Source: a virus
Taxonomy: Duplodnaviria; Caudoviricetes
Strand: one strand, 5' to 3'
Length of the DNA stretch: 64,000 nucleotides
IMG/VR virus record: IMGVR_UViG_3300032239_001501
Location: 64,001 to 128,000 of that record
Each line of letters starts with the position of its first letter. Position 1 is the first letter of the stretch. Shown here one piece after another: positions 9,848 to 20,536 of the stretch. The position numbers were made by a program, and so were the translations under genes. Under the pieces are notes generated by a model. It saw only the letters and a program-made list of their open reading frames with translations, searched no databases and was not told the origin of the DNA.

Positions 9848-10316
9848 AGATTTATATAATAATCCAAAAGGGGAAATTGAATTCCCAAAAGATAGACAAG
9901 AACATATGAAGAAATGTTTTCATATGGTCAAAGGAGTTGACGAAAATACTGAAGGGTTTAAAAGAAATCAAGAACTTCAAACCAAAAACTTTATTGATTA
10001 TAAACAATTAAAAAGAATAAAAAATTTCTTTGATAATTTTAAAGGTAATCATAAAGAACCATCTTTTATATTAAATGGTGGAGTTGAAATGAAAAATTGG
10101 GTGGATAATATTTTAAGAAAAATGAGACAAGGATTGGATTTATCCAAAAGAAATAAGGCAGATGCTGGAATGCAAAACCAATACATAAAACCACATGAGA
10201 AAAAAGATTTTACAAATGTGAGAGCCTCTCAGAAACACCAATCAACCCTCAACAAGTATGATTCGGCAGTTACTGAATCTTTAAAAAGAATAAATGAAAT
10301 AATTTCTAAACTATAA
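9840..10316 (+). CDS. Hypothetical protein
   Basis: 158 aa, GTG start overlapping the upstream gene; C-terminal VTESLKRINEII motif. Confidence 0.6.
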   Translation: MNKDLYNNPKGEIEFPKDRQEHMKKCFHMVKGVDENTEGFKRNQELQTKNFIDYKQLKRIKNFFDNFKGNHKEPSFILNGGVEMKNWVDNILRKMRQGLDLSKRNKADAGMQNQYIKPHEKKDFTNVRASQKHQSTLNKYDSAVTESLKRINEIISKL

Positions 10317-10320
10317 AAAT

Positions 10321-10614
10321 ATGGCAAACGAAATAACCGTAGATTTAACACAAAATGAACCAAATGCATTAACAGCAATTGCAGATGTTGAAAGATCTAA
10401 ACTTATCCCAAAAAATGACTATAACCAAGTAGGTAATCCTTATTCATCAGTAAACCGTGATGCTGTTGCCGATGGAGATTCTATGGGAAGAGGTACAGGA
10501 GCTTTTTTAGATGTATATAATACAAATGCTGGCACAATCACAGATGTGATTGAAAGAAAAAGCGAAATAAAAATTAATAAATTTAATTCATCTAAACCTT
10601 ATCCTAACTTTTAA
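10321..10614 (+). CDS. Hypothetical protein
   Basis: 97-aa ORF in a tight operon (TAATG junction). Confidence 0.6.
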   Translation: MANEITVDLTQNEPNALTAIADVERSKLIPKNDYNQVGNPYSSVNRDAVADGDSMGRGTGAFLDVYNTNAGTITDVIERKSEIKINKFNSSKPYPNF

Positions 10615-11024
10615 TGAAACTTCAAGAATCACTTAAAGGAATAATTAATGAAATTGCATCTTTAGATAGTATTATAAATGCAATAAAAAACAGGCACAGA
10701 GTCATAATTTATTATGATGGAGATGAGCCAGGAGGTAGAGGTATAAGAGAAATTGAACCAGTTTGCTTAGGAATAAGTAAAGCAGGAAATAAAGTTTTAA
10801 GAGCATGGGATAATGAAGGTTCATCCCATACAGCCTATATTGGAGACCAACCATTACCAAGTTGGAGATTATTTAGATTAGATAAAATATTATCTAATAA
10901 ACCAACAGGTGAGGTTTACAATGAAATAAGACCAGGTTATAATTTAAATGGCGATAAAAGCATGGTAAGTGTAATAATAAACGCCAAATTTGGTAATGAA
11001 CCTACACAACAAAATTTAGCATAG
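10614..11024 (+). CDS. Stand-alone WYL-domain protein
   Basis: AIKNRHRVIIYY...REIEPVCLG...LRAW...WRLFRLDKI is the WYL pattern; no HTH. Confidence 0.75.
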   Translation: MKLQESLKGIINEIASLDSIINAIKNRHRVIIYYDGDEPGGRGIREIEPVCLGISKAGNKVLRAWDNEGSSHTAYIGDQPLPSWRLFRLDKILSNKPTGEVYNEIRPGYNLNGDKSMVSVIINAKFGNEPTQQNLA

Positions 11025-11025
11025 T

Positions 11026-11640
11026 ATGTCTGACTTAATGGAAAAATTAATAAAATCAAAAGCTATCATGGATAGAGCTGATACTATAAAAAATAGTAAT
11101 GCCATGAACGGAGGGTTACCTCCAACATCACTTCAACAATTTGATGTTCCAAATGCAAAATATAATATTCCTCAAGAATTCTTGCAAGAACAACCATCTC
11201 AACAAACTCAACCATACTTATCTCAAATGCCAAGAGAAAATACAAAGCCTGTTGGAATTCCAAGTGTAGATGCAATTAAAAATTCAAAATTACCTGATGA
11301 GATTAAAAAATTGATGATGGAGAACCCAATTGCACAACCATTACAACAAAATGTTACAATTTCAGATGACTTAATAGAAAGAGCCTCAAGATTAATGAAA
11401 GAACAAAGCGGATATGTTCCAGAATCCGCAAAACCAAAAACGGCTCAAACACAACCATCATCTACATCTCAAGTAGATTATAAGTTAATTAAAAAAATGA
11501 TTTCAGAAGCAATCAATGAAGCATTAACTGAAAATGGACTTATGGTTGAAAGTACTGAAAAATCTAATGAAATGTTTACGTTTAGAGTAGGTAAACATAT
11601 TTTTGAAGGAAAAGTAACTAAAATTAAAAAAGTTTCTTAA
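11026..11640 (+). CDS. Hypothetical protein
   Basis: 204 aa, Gln/Pro-rich; IKKMISEAINEALTE motif. Confidence 0.6.
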   Translation: MSDLMEKLIKSKAIMDRADTIKNSNAMNGGLPPTSLQQFDVPNAKYNIPQEFLQEQPSQQTQPYLSQMPRENTKPVGIPSVDAIKNSKLPDEIKKLMMENPIAQPLQQNVTISDDLIERASRLMKEQSGYVPESAKPKTAQTQPSSTSQVDYKLIKKMISEAINEALTENGLMVESTEKSNEMFTFRVGKHIFEGKVTKIKKVS

Positions 11641-11695
11641 CCGCTTTTCTTATTTGATATAAAGTATTATATTTTTGAAAAATATATTATAACTA

Positions 11696-12907
11696 ATGTC
11701 AAAAATTAAAGTACTTGTAATCCCATCCGATAGAACTGGAGTGGGTAAATTTAGGTCAGTTGACCCCCACATCTTTTTACAAAAATTATACCCAAACGAT
11801 TTTCATGTTGATATCATTTATGATGTCCCTATGACTGATATGAATTTTTGGAAAGAATACCAAATAGTGGCATTTCATAGAAGTATAAATCCTGATTTTG
11901 AATCCTCATATAGTTTAATTCAAAAACTTAATGAAATGGGTATCATAACAATAGATGATATTGATGACTATTGGTTACCAACAAAAGAACATCCAATATA
12001 TGATGTTATTAAATTTAATAAGATTAACGAAAAAATTACCAATAATCTTAGAGTTGCAAAATATGTAACAACAACTACAACATTATTTGCTGATGAAATA
12101 ATGAAATTAAATAAAAATGTTGTTATTTTTCCAAATGCAATTGATCCAAATGAATCTCAATTTAAAGAACCAACACTTGAATCAGATAGATTAAGAGTTG
12201 GATGGTTAGGTGGTTCTTCACATCTTCACGATTTACAATTATTAGACCAATCATTTAGTAAGTTAACTTCATTAAAAGATAAATTACAGTATGTTATATG
12301 TGGATTTGACACTAGAGGTTCTGTAACTGAAATAAATGCAGAAACTGGAGAACATAAAAAAAGAGATATTTTACCTCATGAAACTGTATGGGCTCAATAT
12401 GAAAAAATATTTACCCAAAACTATACTACAGTTACAGAAGATTATAAAAAATATTTGAATAGTTTTATAAATGAAAGTTATCCAAATGAAATGAATGAAC
12501 CATACCTAAGAGTATGGACAAGACCTGTTCAATCTTATGCCAAAAATTATTCAAAATTTGATATATCTTTAGCACCAATTAAAAATCATATCTTTAATAG
12601 AATGAAATCTCAGCTTAAAGTTATTGAAGCAGGGTTTTATAAAAAAGCAATTATTGCGTCTAATTTAGGACCTTATACTATTGATTTAAAACATTGTTTG
12701 GAACATGGTAACTTTGTTGATGGAAATGCATTATTAGTTGATGAAAATAGAAATCACTCCGATTGGGCTAAATTCATTGAAAAGTTAGTTAAGAATCCAA
12801 ACATGGTAAAAGATATGGGAGAAAGACTTTATGAAACAGTTAAAGACAAATATGACTTAAACGTAGTAACAAAAGCAAGAGCAGAATTTTATAAATCACT
12901 AGTATGA
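11696..12907 (+). CDS. GT4-like (GT-B) glycosyltransferase
   Basis: DIDDYW, VGWLGGSSH..DL, DISLAP...FNRMKSQLKVIEAG. Confidence 0.8.
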   Translation: MSKIKVLVIPSDRTGVGKFRSVDPHIFLQKLYPNDFHVDIIYDVPMTDMNFWKEYQIVAFHRSINPDFESSYSLIQKLNEMGIITIDDIDDYWLPTKEHPIYDVIKFNKINEKITNNLRVAKYVTTTTTLFADEIMKLNKNVVIFPNAIDPNESQFKEPTLESDRLRVGWLGGSSHLHDLQLLDQSFSKLTSLKDKLQYVICGFDTRGSVTEINAETGEHKKRDILPHETVWAQYEKIFTQNYTTVTEDYKKYLNSFINESYPNEMNEPYLRVWTRPVQSYAKNYSKFDISLAPIKNHIFNRMKSQLKVIEAGFYKKAIIASNLGPYTIDLKHCLEHGNFVDGNALLVDENRNHSDWAKFIEKLVKNPNMVKDMGERLYETVKDKYDLNVVTKARAEFYKSLV

Positions 12908-13605
12908 TAACAGTACCAATAACCAAAATACTTTTTTTAGATATTGAAACAGTTGGATGTGAATCTGATTGGGATTCTTTTAAAAAAAAGAAACCAGAAT
13001 TATCGTTTCAATTTGAACACATTCAAGACAACCTTAGAAAAAGATTTCCTGAGGAATCTGATACTCCTATTGATAAGTTATTTGTTAATAGAGCAGCATT
13101 AGTTCCTGAATTTTTAAAGATAGTTTGTGTTAGTGTTGCATTTGTTTTAGATGATGGAAGTGTTAAAATTCAATCTTTTCATAGTGAAGATGAATCAAAA
13201 TTACTTAAAGATGTTCAAAAATTGTTAAATCGTACTGGTGATTTAGGATTTTTCTTATGTGGTCATAATGTTAAAGGATTTGATATTCCTACATTGGCTA
13301 AACGTATGATGATACATGGATTGAAACCACCAAAACTATTACCAAGTTATGATACAAAGCCTTGGGAAATTAAAGCAATTGACACCAAAGATATTTGGCA
13401 ATATGGTGGATATGGTCAATTTGCATCTCTTGAGTTAATGTGTGTTTGTATGGGGGTTGAATCGTCTAAAAATACTGAAGTAACAGGAAATAGAGTGCAT
13501 GAAGCATATTGGACAGATAAAAATATTGATGGTATTGTAAAATACTGTGAAAAAGATGTTATAGTTTTAATAGATTTAATAAAAAAATTAATAAAATTAC
13601 AATGA
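12904..13605 (+). CDS. DEDD 3'-5' exonuclease (PolB-exo related)
   Basis: LDIETV, GHNVKGFDIP and YCEKDV correspond to ExoI-III. Confidence 0.85.
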   Translation: MITVPITKILFLDIETVGCESDWDSFKKKKPELSFQFEHIQDNLRKRFPEESDTPIDKLFVNRAALVPEFLKIVCVSVAFVLDDGSVKIQSFHSEDESKLLKDVQKLLNRTGDLGFFLCGHNVKGFDIPTLAKRMMIHGLKPPKLLPSYDTKPWEIKAIDTKDIWQYGGYGQFASLELMCVCMGVESSKNTEVTGNRVHEAYWTDKNIDGIVKYCEKDVIVLIDLIKKLIKLQ

Positions 13606-14222
13606 TAGAAGATATAGAAGGGATAGACCCAAAAATGATGCAAGAAATAATGGAACAGTTTGAAAAAATAAAAAAAGAAGCTGGAATAGAACCTGATGAC
13701 CAATCTAAAAAAGAAATGGAAGATATGTTAGGATTTACTATGGATGAACTTGATGAAGATATTATTTTAAAAGCAAAAACAAGAATTTTACAAGTAAAAA
13801 AAATTCATCCAGATGCCTATAGTCCAGTTTACAATTATAAGTCAGATTCAGGATTTGATTTACATTCAGTAGAAGAAGTTAATTTAGAACCTTTTGGTAG
13901 AGCAATAGTTCCTACAGGTTTAGTTCTTGGTATTCCAGAAGAATATGAAATTCAAGTTAGACCAAAAAGTGGGTTAGCATTAAAACAAGGATTGACTGTT
14001 TTGAATACACCAGGAACTGTAGATGCAGGATACGATGGAGAAATAAAAGTAATAATATTCAATACCACTAATAATCCAGTTACAATTAATAAAGGAATGA
14101 AAATAGGTCAAGCTGTATTATGCCCAGTTGTTTGTGGAAAATATGTTGGTATTGAACTTGTTGAAAATATTGAAAAAAGAGAACGTGGTAATAACGGATT
14201 TGGAAGTACTGGATTATTTTAA
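13602..14222 (+). CDS. dut: Trimeric dUTPase with acidic N-terminal extension
   Basis: SGFDL, RPKSG, GTVDAGYDGEI, IGQ, RGNNGFGSTG. Confidence 0.92.
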   Translation: MIEDIEGIDPKMMQEIMEQFEKIKKEAGIEPDDQSKKEMEDMLGFTMDELDEDIILKAKTRILQVKKIHPDAYSPVYNYKSDSGFDLHSVEEVNLEPFGRAIVPTGLVLGIPEEYEIQVRPKSGLALKQGLTVLNTPGTVDAGYDGEIKVIIFNTTNNPVTINKGMKIGQAVLCPVVCGKYVGIELVENIEKRERGNNGFGSTGLF

Positions 14223-14249
14223 AAAAAATAAGTAAAAAATAATTAAATA

Positions 14250-15878
14250 ATGTTAACAATAGCATATTCAACAAGAAAACCAAATCCTGAATTTACAGAA
14301 TATTTGAAAAAAAGTTCTGGATTTAAAAAAATTAATGTAATAGAAAAAGTTAATAATGGAGAGAAATCATTATCTCAAGTTTATAACGAAATTTTATCTG
14401 AATCAAAAACTGACATAATTGTATTTTGTCATGATGATATCTATTTTGATACGTCAGGATGGTACAACAAAATAATGAAACACTTTGATAAAAGTGATTT
14501 TGGTATTATTGGTATGGCAGGATCGACAAGTTTACCAAGTAGTGGACAATGGTGGGAAGATAGAAAGAAAATGATTGGTATTGTTAATCATGAACATGAA
14601 GGTAAAAAATGGGCGTCAAAATATTCTGAAGATTTAAATAAAAAAATTAAAGAAACCGTAATGGTTGATGGGTTATTTTTTGCCGTTAGTAAAACAAAAT
14701 TAAAAAGTAATTTTATTGAAGAGTTTAAAGGATTCCATTTTTATGATGTTGCATTTTGTTTTGAAAACTTCCTTAAAGGTGTTAAAGTTGGAGTCATTAC
14801 AGATATTAGAGTTACCCATAAATCTATAGGTCAAACTAATGAACAATGGGAAGAAAATAGAAAATTATTTGTTGAAAAATATTCAGAATCTTTACCAGCA
14901 AAAACAGATTTTGATAAAGATAAAAGATTAAAGGTTTTAATATCGTGTCTGTTTTTTAGAACCCTAACAGGTTCAGAATTGTATGTTTATGAACTTGCAA
15001 AAGAGTTAATTAAACTTAATTGTAGCGTTACAGTATTATCACAAATAGGTGGACCTTTAACCGATATGGCAAGAAAAATTGGTATTAAATGTCTTTCATT
15101 TGAAGAAGCACCAGGATTTAAACTTGGTGATGGAAAGTGGGGATTTAATACTGAAGAAGGGTTTAAACCTTCAATATTAAATAATTTATATAGAATTTCT
15201 GAAGTTAATTTTGACATAATACATATGCAACATAAACCAGTTGCTGAAAGAATGATTCAATTTTACCCTGAGATAGATAAAATATATTCAATACATTCTG
15301 AAGTTATTGATTTGGAAAATCCAATTAAACATGAATCTATCAAAAAATATATTGCAATTAGACCTGAAATTAAGGATTATATTGTTAATGAATTTGAAAT
15401 TCCTGAGAAAGATGTTGAGGTAATTTACAATCCTGTTGATAACTTAAAGTTTCAACCAAAGGATAAAAAAGATGATAATTATGTTTTATTTGTTGGTACA
15501 ATAGATTACTTAAGAAAAGAAACTATTTTAGATTTGATGGAAAAAACAAAAGAAGAAGGGAAAGAACTATGGTTAGTCGGTGAAGATAAATCAAATTATT
15601 TACAACAAGTATTATTTGAACAACATGTAAAACATTTCCCTCCTACGTGGAACATTGAAGGATTTATACATTCTTGTTCTGAAACAGCTGGAATCCAATT
15701 AGGAAGGACAACTATAGAAGGTTGGATGTGTGGAAAACCAAGTTGGATATATAATGTAAATTCAAATGGATTTATACAATCAAAAGAATTATATCAACCT
15801 CCAGTTGATATTGAAAAATACTTTACATCAAATGTTGCAAAACAAATAAAAGAAAAATATATTGAAATTCTGTCGTGA
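14250..15878 (+). CDS. Two-domain glycosyltransferase (GT2-like plus GT4-like)
   Basis: N-terminal VFCHDDI, VDGLF, FHFYD; C-terminal GSELYVYELAKEL, VIYNPVD, GRTTIEGWMCGKP. Confidence 0.8.
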   Translation: MLTIAYSTRKPNPEFTEYLKKSSGFKKINVIEKVNNGEKSLSQVYNEILSESKTDIIVFCHDDIYFDTSGWYNKIMKHFDKSDFGIIGMAGSTSLPSSGQWWEDRKKMIGIVNHEHEGKKWASKYSEDLNKKIKETVMVDGLFFAVSKTKLKSNFIEEFKGFHFYDVAFCFENFLKGVKVGVITDIRVTHKSIGQTNEQWEENRKLFVEKYSESLPAKTDFDKDKRLKVLISCLFFRTLTGSELYVYELAKELIKLNCSVTVLSQIGGPLTDMARKIGIKCLSFEEAPGFKLGDGKWGFNTEEGFKPSILNNLYRISEVNFDIIHMQHKPVAERMIQFYPEIDKIYSIHSEVIDLENPIKHESIKKYIAIRPEIKDYIVNEFEIPEKDVEVIYNPVDNLKFQPKDKKDDNYVLFVGTIDYLRKETILDLMEKTKEEGKELWLVGEDKSNYLQQVLFEQHVKHFPPTWNIEGFIHSCSETAGIQLGRTTIEGWMCGKPSWIYNVNSNGFIQSKELYQPPVDIEKYFTSNVAKQIKEKYIEILS

Positions 15879-16585
15879 TAATATTAACTACAACATATAA
15901 TTGTTCTTCGTATGTGGAAAAATCTTTGTTGAGTATTATGTCGCAAAGATTTAAAGATTTTACTTGTTATATTACAGATGACTTATCTACAGATAATACA
16001 AGAGAAGTTATCAAAAAAACTATTGAAGGAGACTCAAGATTCATCTTAATAGAAAATCACATTAAATTATATCAACCAGGTAATTACGACCAAATTATTA
16101 ATTGGAGATCAATACCTGGTGAAGAAATATGCGTAGAAGTAGATGGTGATGATTGGTTGCCTGATTCAAATGTTTTTACAAGAATTAATGATGTATACCA
16201 AGATACTAATGTTTGGATGACAAGTGGTTCATTTAAGTATCACGATGGTAGATCGGGGTTTGCAAGTCCCCCAAAACAATTTAATAATATTAGACATCAA
16301 GCCTTCACATTATCTCATCTTAGAACTTGGAAATCTTGGTTATGGAAAAAGATTAAAGAAGAAGATTTAAAAGATGAAAATGGTAATTATTGGAATGTTG
16401 CAGGAGATTTATCATTTATGTTTCCAATGTTTGAAATGTCAGGGGAAGAACATTATAGATTTTTGCCCGATATAAATTACATTTATAATGAGTCAAATCC
16501 GATTAATGACCACAAAGTTAACATGAATAATGTTATATCAACAGTAAATAAAATAAGAAATAAACCTGAATACAAAAAAATATGA
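15875..16585 (+). CDS. GT2 glycosyltransferase
   Basis: TTYN, DDLSTD, VDGDDWL. Confidence 0.85.
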   Translation: MIILTTTYNCSSYVEKSLLSIMSQRFKDFTCYITDDLSTDNTREVIKKTIEGDSRFILIENHIKLYQPGNYDQIINWRSIPGEEICVEVDGDDWLPDSNVFTRINDVYQDTNVWMTSGSFKYHDGRSGFASPPKQFNNIRHQAFTLSHLRTWKSWLWKKIKEEDLKDENGNYWNVAGDLSFMFPMFEMSGEEHYRFLPDINYIYNESNPINDHKVNMNNVISTVNKIRNKPEYKKI

Positions 16586-17199
16586 CACCAAACGAAAAAT
16601 GGAACGCAGATAGGGGTGATGATACATTAATCATTGATTACCCTTTAAATGAAAATTCACAAGTAATTGAATTAGGAGGATATCATGGATTATGGACTAA
16701 AAGAATATCAGAAAAATTTAATTGTAATATTTTAACAATTGAACCGATACCCGAATTTTATAATAACATGGTAAACGAATTTAATTATTATTTAAAAAAT
16801 AATAGAGATAAAATTAAAACTGAAAATTTTGGAATATCAACCGAAGAAAAAGAACTTTCATTTTCAGTTAATGGTGATGCAACTTCTGCACATCTACCAT
16901 CCTCAAACCAAACTACAATTACTTGTCACACTTTAGAATATTATTTACAAAAATATAATATTGATAAAGTTGATTTATTACAAGTTAATATTGAAGGTGA
17001 AGAATATCCTTTATTGGAAGAATGGACTAAATCAGGAATCATTAATAAAGTAAAATATTTACAAGTTCAGTTTCATAGATATGGTGAAAACTATGATTTG
17101 AGACATAAAACCATACAAGAAAATTTAAAAAACTTAGGATTTAAACTTAGGTTTGAATATGATTTTGTTTGGGAGGCGTGGGAAAATACAAATATCTAA
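16582..17199 (+). CDS. FkbM-family methyltransferase
   Basis: IELGGYHG, IEP, DLLQVNIEGEEY, LQVQFH. Confidence 0.8.
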   Translation: MTPNEKWNADRGDDTLIIDYPLNENSQVIELGGYHGLWTKRISEKFNCNILTIEPIPEFYNNMVNEFNYYLKNNRDKIKTENFGISTEEKELSFSVNGDATSAHLPSSNQTTITCHTLEYYLQKYNIDKVDLLQVNIEGEEYPLLEEWTKSGIINKVKYLQVQFHRYGENYDLRHKTIQENLKNLGFKLRFEYDFVWEAWENTNI

Positions 17200-17202
17200 T
17201 CT

Positions 17203-18021
17203 ATGGGTAATTTAATATCTTGTAATTTAATGGGAGGATTGGGAAATCAAATGTTCCAAGCAGGACATGCTTTGGCACAAGGGTGGAAACATAATAGAGA
17301 TTCTGTTTTTTTACCTAAGTCTTGGACTCCAATGCAAGGAAAAGATACTTCTCATTATAAAGAAAATGTTTTTAGAAATCTAACATTTGTTGATAATATT
17401 GACGGATTCACCAAAGTTCATGAAGGGCCTTGGGAATTTTCAGAAATAAATCCTGTTGAAGAAAACACTGTCTTTGAAGGTTATTTCCAAAGTGGAAAAA
17501 ACTTATTAGGATTTAATGATAAGATTAGAGTTATGTTTGGTCCAACAGAACAGTTTATAACTGAAATTACACAAAAATACCCACAACTTAATCAAGATAA
17601 TACCGTATCAATTCACATTAGATTTGGTGATTACAAACAAAATCCACATATACATCCAAGTGTTTCAAAAGAATACTTAGATAAAGCATTAGAGATGATT
17701 GGTTCATACAGTCATCTATTTTTATTTGGGGATGATAAAGAATGGTTATCAAATAACTTTACAGGTGACAAAATCACTTTAGTAAATGAAGACGATTATG
17801 TTGATATGTGGATGATGTCTCTTTGTAAAAATAACATAATACCAAACTCCACATTTTCTTGGTGGAGTGCGTTTCTTAATAAAAACATAAATAAAAAAGT
17901 AATTGCTCCGTCAATTTGGTTTGGTCCAAGTGGACCTCAAAAATACTACGATATGTACGAACCTGATTGGACTAAAATGGATGTCATTTACTCTGACGGA
18001 GAATTAAAACCAACAAATTAA
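17203..18021 (+). CDS. GT11 alpha-1,2-fucosyltransferase-like
   Basis: GGLGNQMFQ, GYFQS, HIRFGDY, NSTFSWWSA. Confidence 0.9.
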   Translation: MGNLISCNLMGGLGNQMFQAGHALAQGWKHNRDSVFLPKSWTPMQGKDTSHYKENVFRNLTFVDNIDGFTKVHEGPWEFSEINPVEENTVFEGYFQSGKNLLGFNDKIRVMFGPTEQFITEITQKYPQLNQDNTVSIHIRFGDYKQNPHIHPSVSKEYLDKALEMIGSYSHLFLFGDDKEWLSNNFTGDKITLVNEDDYVDMWMMSLCKNNIIPNSTFSWWSAFLNKNINKKVIAPSIWFGPSGPQKYYDMYEPDWTKMDVIYSDGELKPTN

Positions 18022-18022
18022 T

Positions 18023-18853
18023 ATGAACGACAAAATTAAAATTAGAAAAGTTTCTGATTATTGGGGACAATATGATTGTTCTTCAGCAAGAAACACTCCA
18101 AAAACATTACATTGGTTATCAAGAGATACTCAAGACCCATATGAGATAAGTGTCTATGTTGATAATTACATTAAAGATTTGGGATTTAATGATCCATCAA
18201 GAGAAAAAATTGGGTGGTTATTAGAATCCCCACAAATGAATGAAGGAACTATCAACTATCTTCTTAATAATTTAGATATGGTAAAAGAACACTATAAATA
18301 CATTTTTACTTGTATGGATAGTTTAATTGCTCTTGGTTCTCCATTTACATATACTATTTCAAACGCAGTGCCTTGGATATGGGAACAAAATAGAAAAATT
18401 CATGAAAAAACTAAATTAGTTAGTATGATTGCTTCTAATAAAGGATGGTTACGTGGTCATAAAAATAGATTAGATTGGGTTGAAAAATTAAAAGATAAAG
18501 TTGATTTATTTGGTACAGGAAGACCAAATCAATTGAATGATAAAGAGGACGGATTGAAAGATTATATGTTTTCTGTATCAATTGAAAATGATGATTCTGA
18601 TGGATATTTTACAGAAAAATTAACTGACAATTTTGTTACAGGAACAGTTCCAGTATATTGGGGATCTAGAAAAATTGTTGAAAAATATTTTGACCCAACA
18701 GGTGTAATCTTTTTAGAAGACGACCCGACACTATCAACTTTATCAGTTGAAAAGTATAAATCAATGATTCCTGCAATTGAAAGAAATTTCAAAGCGGCTC
18801 AAGAACTTCCTATTTCGGAAGATTATTTCTTTGAAAAATATTTAAAAAAATGA
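18023..18853 (+). CDS. GT10 alpha-1,3/4-fucosyltransferase-like
   Basis: FSVSIEN...GYFTEKL.D.F..GTVPVYWG, the GT10 motif. Confidence 0.85.
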   Translation: MNDKIKIRKVSDYWGQYDCSSARNTPKTLHWLSRDTQDPYEISVYVDNYIKDLGFNDPSREKIGWLLESPQMNEGTINYLLNNLDMVKEHYKYIFTCMDSLIALGSPFTYTISNAVPWIWEQNRKIHEKTKLVSMIASNKGWLRGHKNRLDWVEKLKDKVDLFGTGRPNQLNDKEDGLKDYMFSVSIENDDSDGYFTEKLTDNFVTGTVPVYWGSRKIVEKYFDPTGVIFLEDDPTLSTLSVEKYKSMIPAIERNFKAAQELPISEDYFFEKYLKK

Positions 18854-19680
18854 AATATCTAGTTTTAGGTTCGGAAGGCCAAATTGGCTTAGAACTTTGT
18901 AAATTTTTAAAAAAAGAAGGTCATGAAGTTTTAACTTTTGACATAGAAGAAAATTTTATGCAAGATTTAAGAATAAAAGGTATTGTTGATTCTCGTGTAA
19001 AAGAAGCTGACTTTGTAATGTTTTTAGCATTTGATGTTGGAGGTTCAAGATATTTAAAAAAATATCAAAATACATATGAGTTTATAGATAATAATGCAAG
19101 ACTTATGGTTAATACATTTGACGCATTAAAGTCATATAGAAAACCTTTTATTTTTGCATCATCTCAGATGTCTAATATGTCATATTCTCCTTATGGAGTT
19201 GCCAAAGCTTTAGGAGAATGTTATACAAAGGCTTTAGGAGGTATTACTGTTAAATTTTGGAATGTTTATGGGCCTGAACATAATTTAGAAAAATCTCATG
19301 TAATTACCGATTTTATTTTAAAGGCTAAAGATTATGGACATATTACAATGATGACTGATGGAACAGAAGAAAGACAATTCCTTCATGCTGAAGATTGTTC
19401 AAACGCTTTAATTATTTTATCTGAAAAGTATAATGAAATAGATAGAAACAAAGAATTACATATCACAAATTTTGAATGGAATACTATTTTAGAAGTTGCA
19501 GAAATAATTAAAGAACAAATTTATTGTAAAATAACCCCATCAAAAGAAATTGATACGGTACAACTTAATAAAAGAAATGAACCAGACCCATATATTTTAA
19601 ATTATTGGAAACCAAAAATTTCATTAAAAGAAGGGATTGGAAAAATTGTAAAACAAATTAATGATGGATCTATTTTCTGA
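18850..19680 (+). CDS. NAD-dependent epimerase/dehydratase (extended SDR)
   Basis: GSEGQIG, FASS, YGVAK, NVYGP, RQFLHAED. Confidence 0.85.
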   Translation: MKYLVLGSEGQIGLELCKFLKKEGHEVLTFDIEENFMQDLRIKGIVDSRVKEADFVMFLAFDVGGSRYLKKYQNTYEFIDNNARLMVNTFDALKSYRKPFIFASSQMSNMSYSPYGVAKALGECYTKALGGITVKFWNVYGPEHNLEKSHVITDFILKAKDYGHITMMTDGTEERQFLHAEDCSNALIILSEKYNEIDRNKELHITNFEWNTILEVAEIIKEQIYCKITPSKEIDTVQLNKRNEPDPYILNYWKPKISLKEGIGKIVKQINDGSIF

Positions 19681-20524
19681 TATATTAACATCACACCATT
19701 ATGAATTATATTCCAAAGAATCAAAAACTTATATTTCTAAAAAAGATTCAGGATTATATTCAATATTAGTTTGGATTGTTAGAAAAATAGCATTACTAGA
19801 ATTAAATGGATTTCCTGTAGAAAATTTAGAAATTCAATATCATAATGAAGAATTATACGGATTACTTTTTGAAAAAAAAGATATTCAACTTGATTTTTCA
19901 AATATATCAAATGAAGAAAAAATCTTTTTTAAAGAGGAATTGAACACTACAGGATTTGGATTAGGTAGTAATGTTAAATTATTAAATTTTAATATTACTA
20001 ATCAAATTATTAATAAATTTTTCACACCAAATAAAACAGTATTAAATTATTATGATAATCTAATTAAAAGAAATAATATTGATTTAGATAATACAATATT
20101 TGTATGGGCAAGAAGTACAGATAAATCTGGTGAATCAAGACTACCAGGAGTATTTGCATATCTTAGTGTAATACGATCAATTGACCTTTCAGGTAAAGAA
20201 GTTTTAGTACAGACAGATGATATTAGAGTTTTCAAGGAATTTAATAGTACTAAAATTAAAATTAAAACTATTCCTGAAATTCCAATATCAGACAAATTAA
20301 GAGGATTTCATAATGAAATGAATGAAATGAGTGATGATAAGTTTAAAACTTTATATAATATTACAAAACACGAATATTTTTTACAAATGTATTGTTTGTC
20401 TTTAATCGGAAAAAATGCTTACAAAACAATACTGTACCCCGGAAATCCAACAACATATATACCAATGTTAAAAGGTTCTTTTGATAATTGTTATTTATTT
20501 AAGGATGATAATCATCTATTTTAA
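19661..20524 (+). CDS. NodZ/GT23-like fucosyltransferase-fold protein
   Basis: VWARSTDK..E and LVQTDD resemble the (H)xRxTDK and xxTDD motifs of alpha-1,6-fucosyltransferases. Confidence 0.5.
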   Translation: MMDLFSDILTSHHYELYSKESKTYISKKDSGLYSILVWIVRKIALLELNGFPVENLEIQYHNEELYGLLFEKKDIQLDFSNISNEEKIFFKEELNTTGFGLGSNVKLLNFNITNQIINKFFTPNKTVLNYYDNLIKRNNIDLDNTIFVWARSTDKSGESRLPGVFAYLSVIRSIDLSGKEVLVQTDDIRVFKEFNSTKIKIKTIPEIPISDKLRGFHNEMNEMSDDKFKTLYNITKHEYFLQMYCLSLIGKNAYKTILYPGNPTTYIPMLKGSFDNCYLFKDDNHLF

Positions 20525-20536
20525 TAAAAAAAAACT

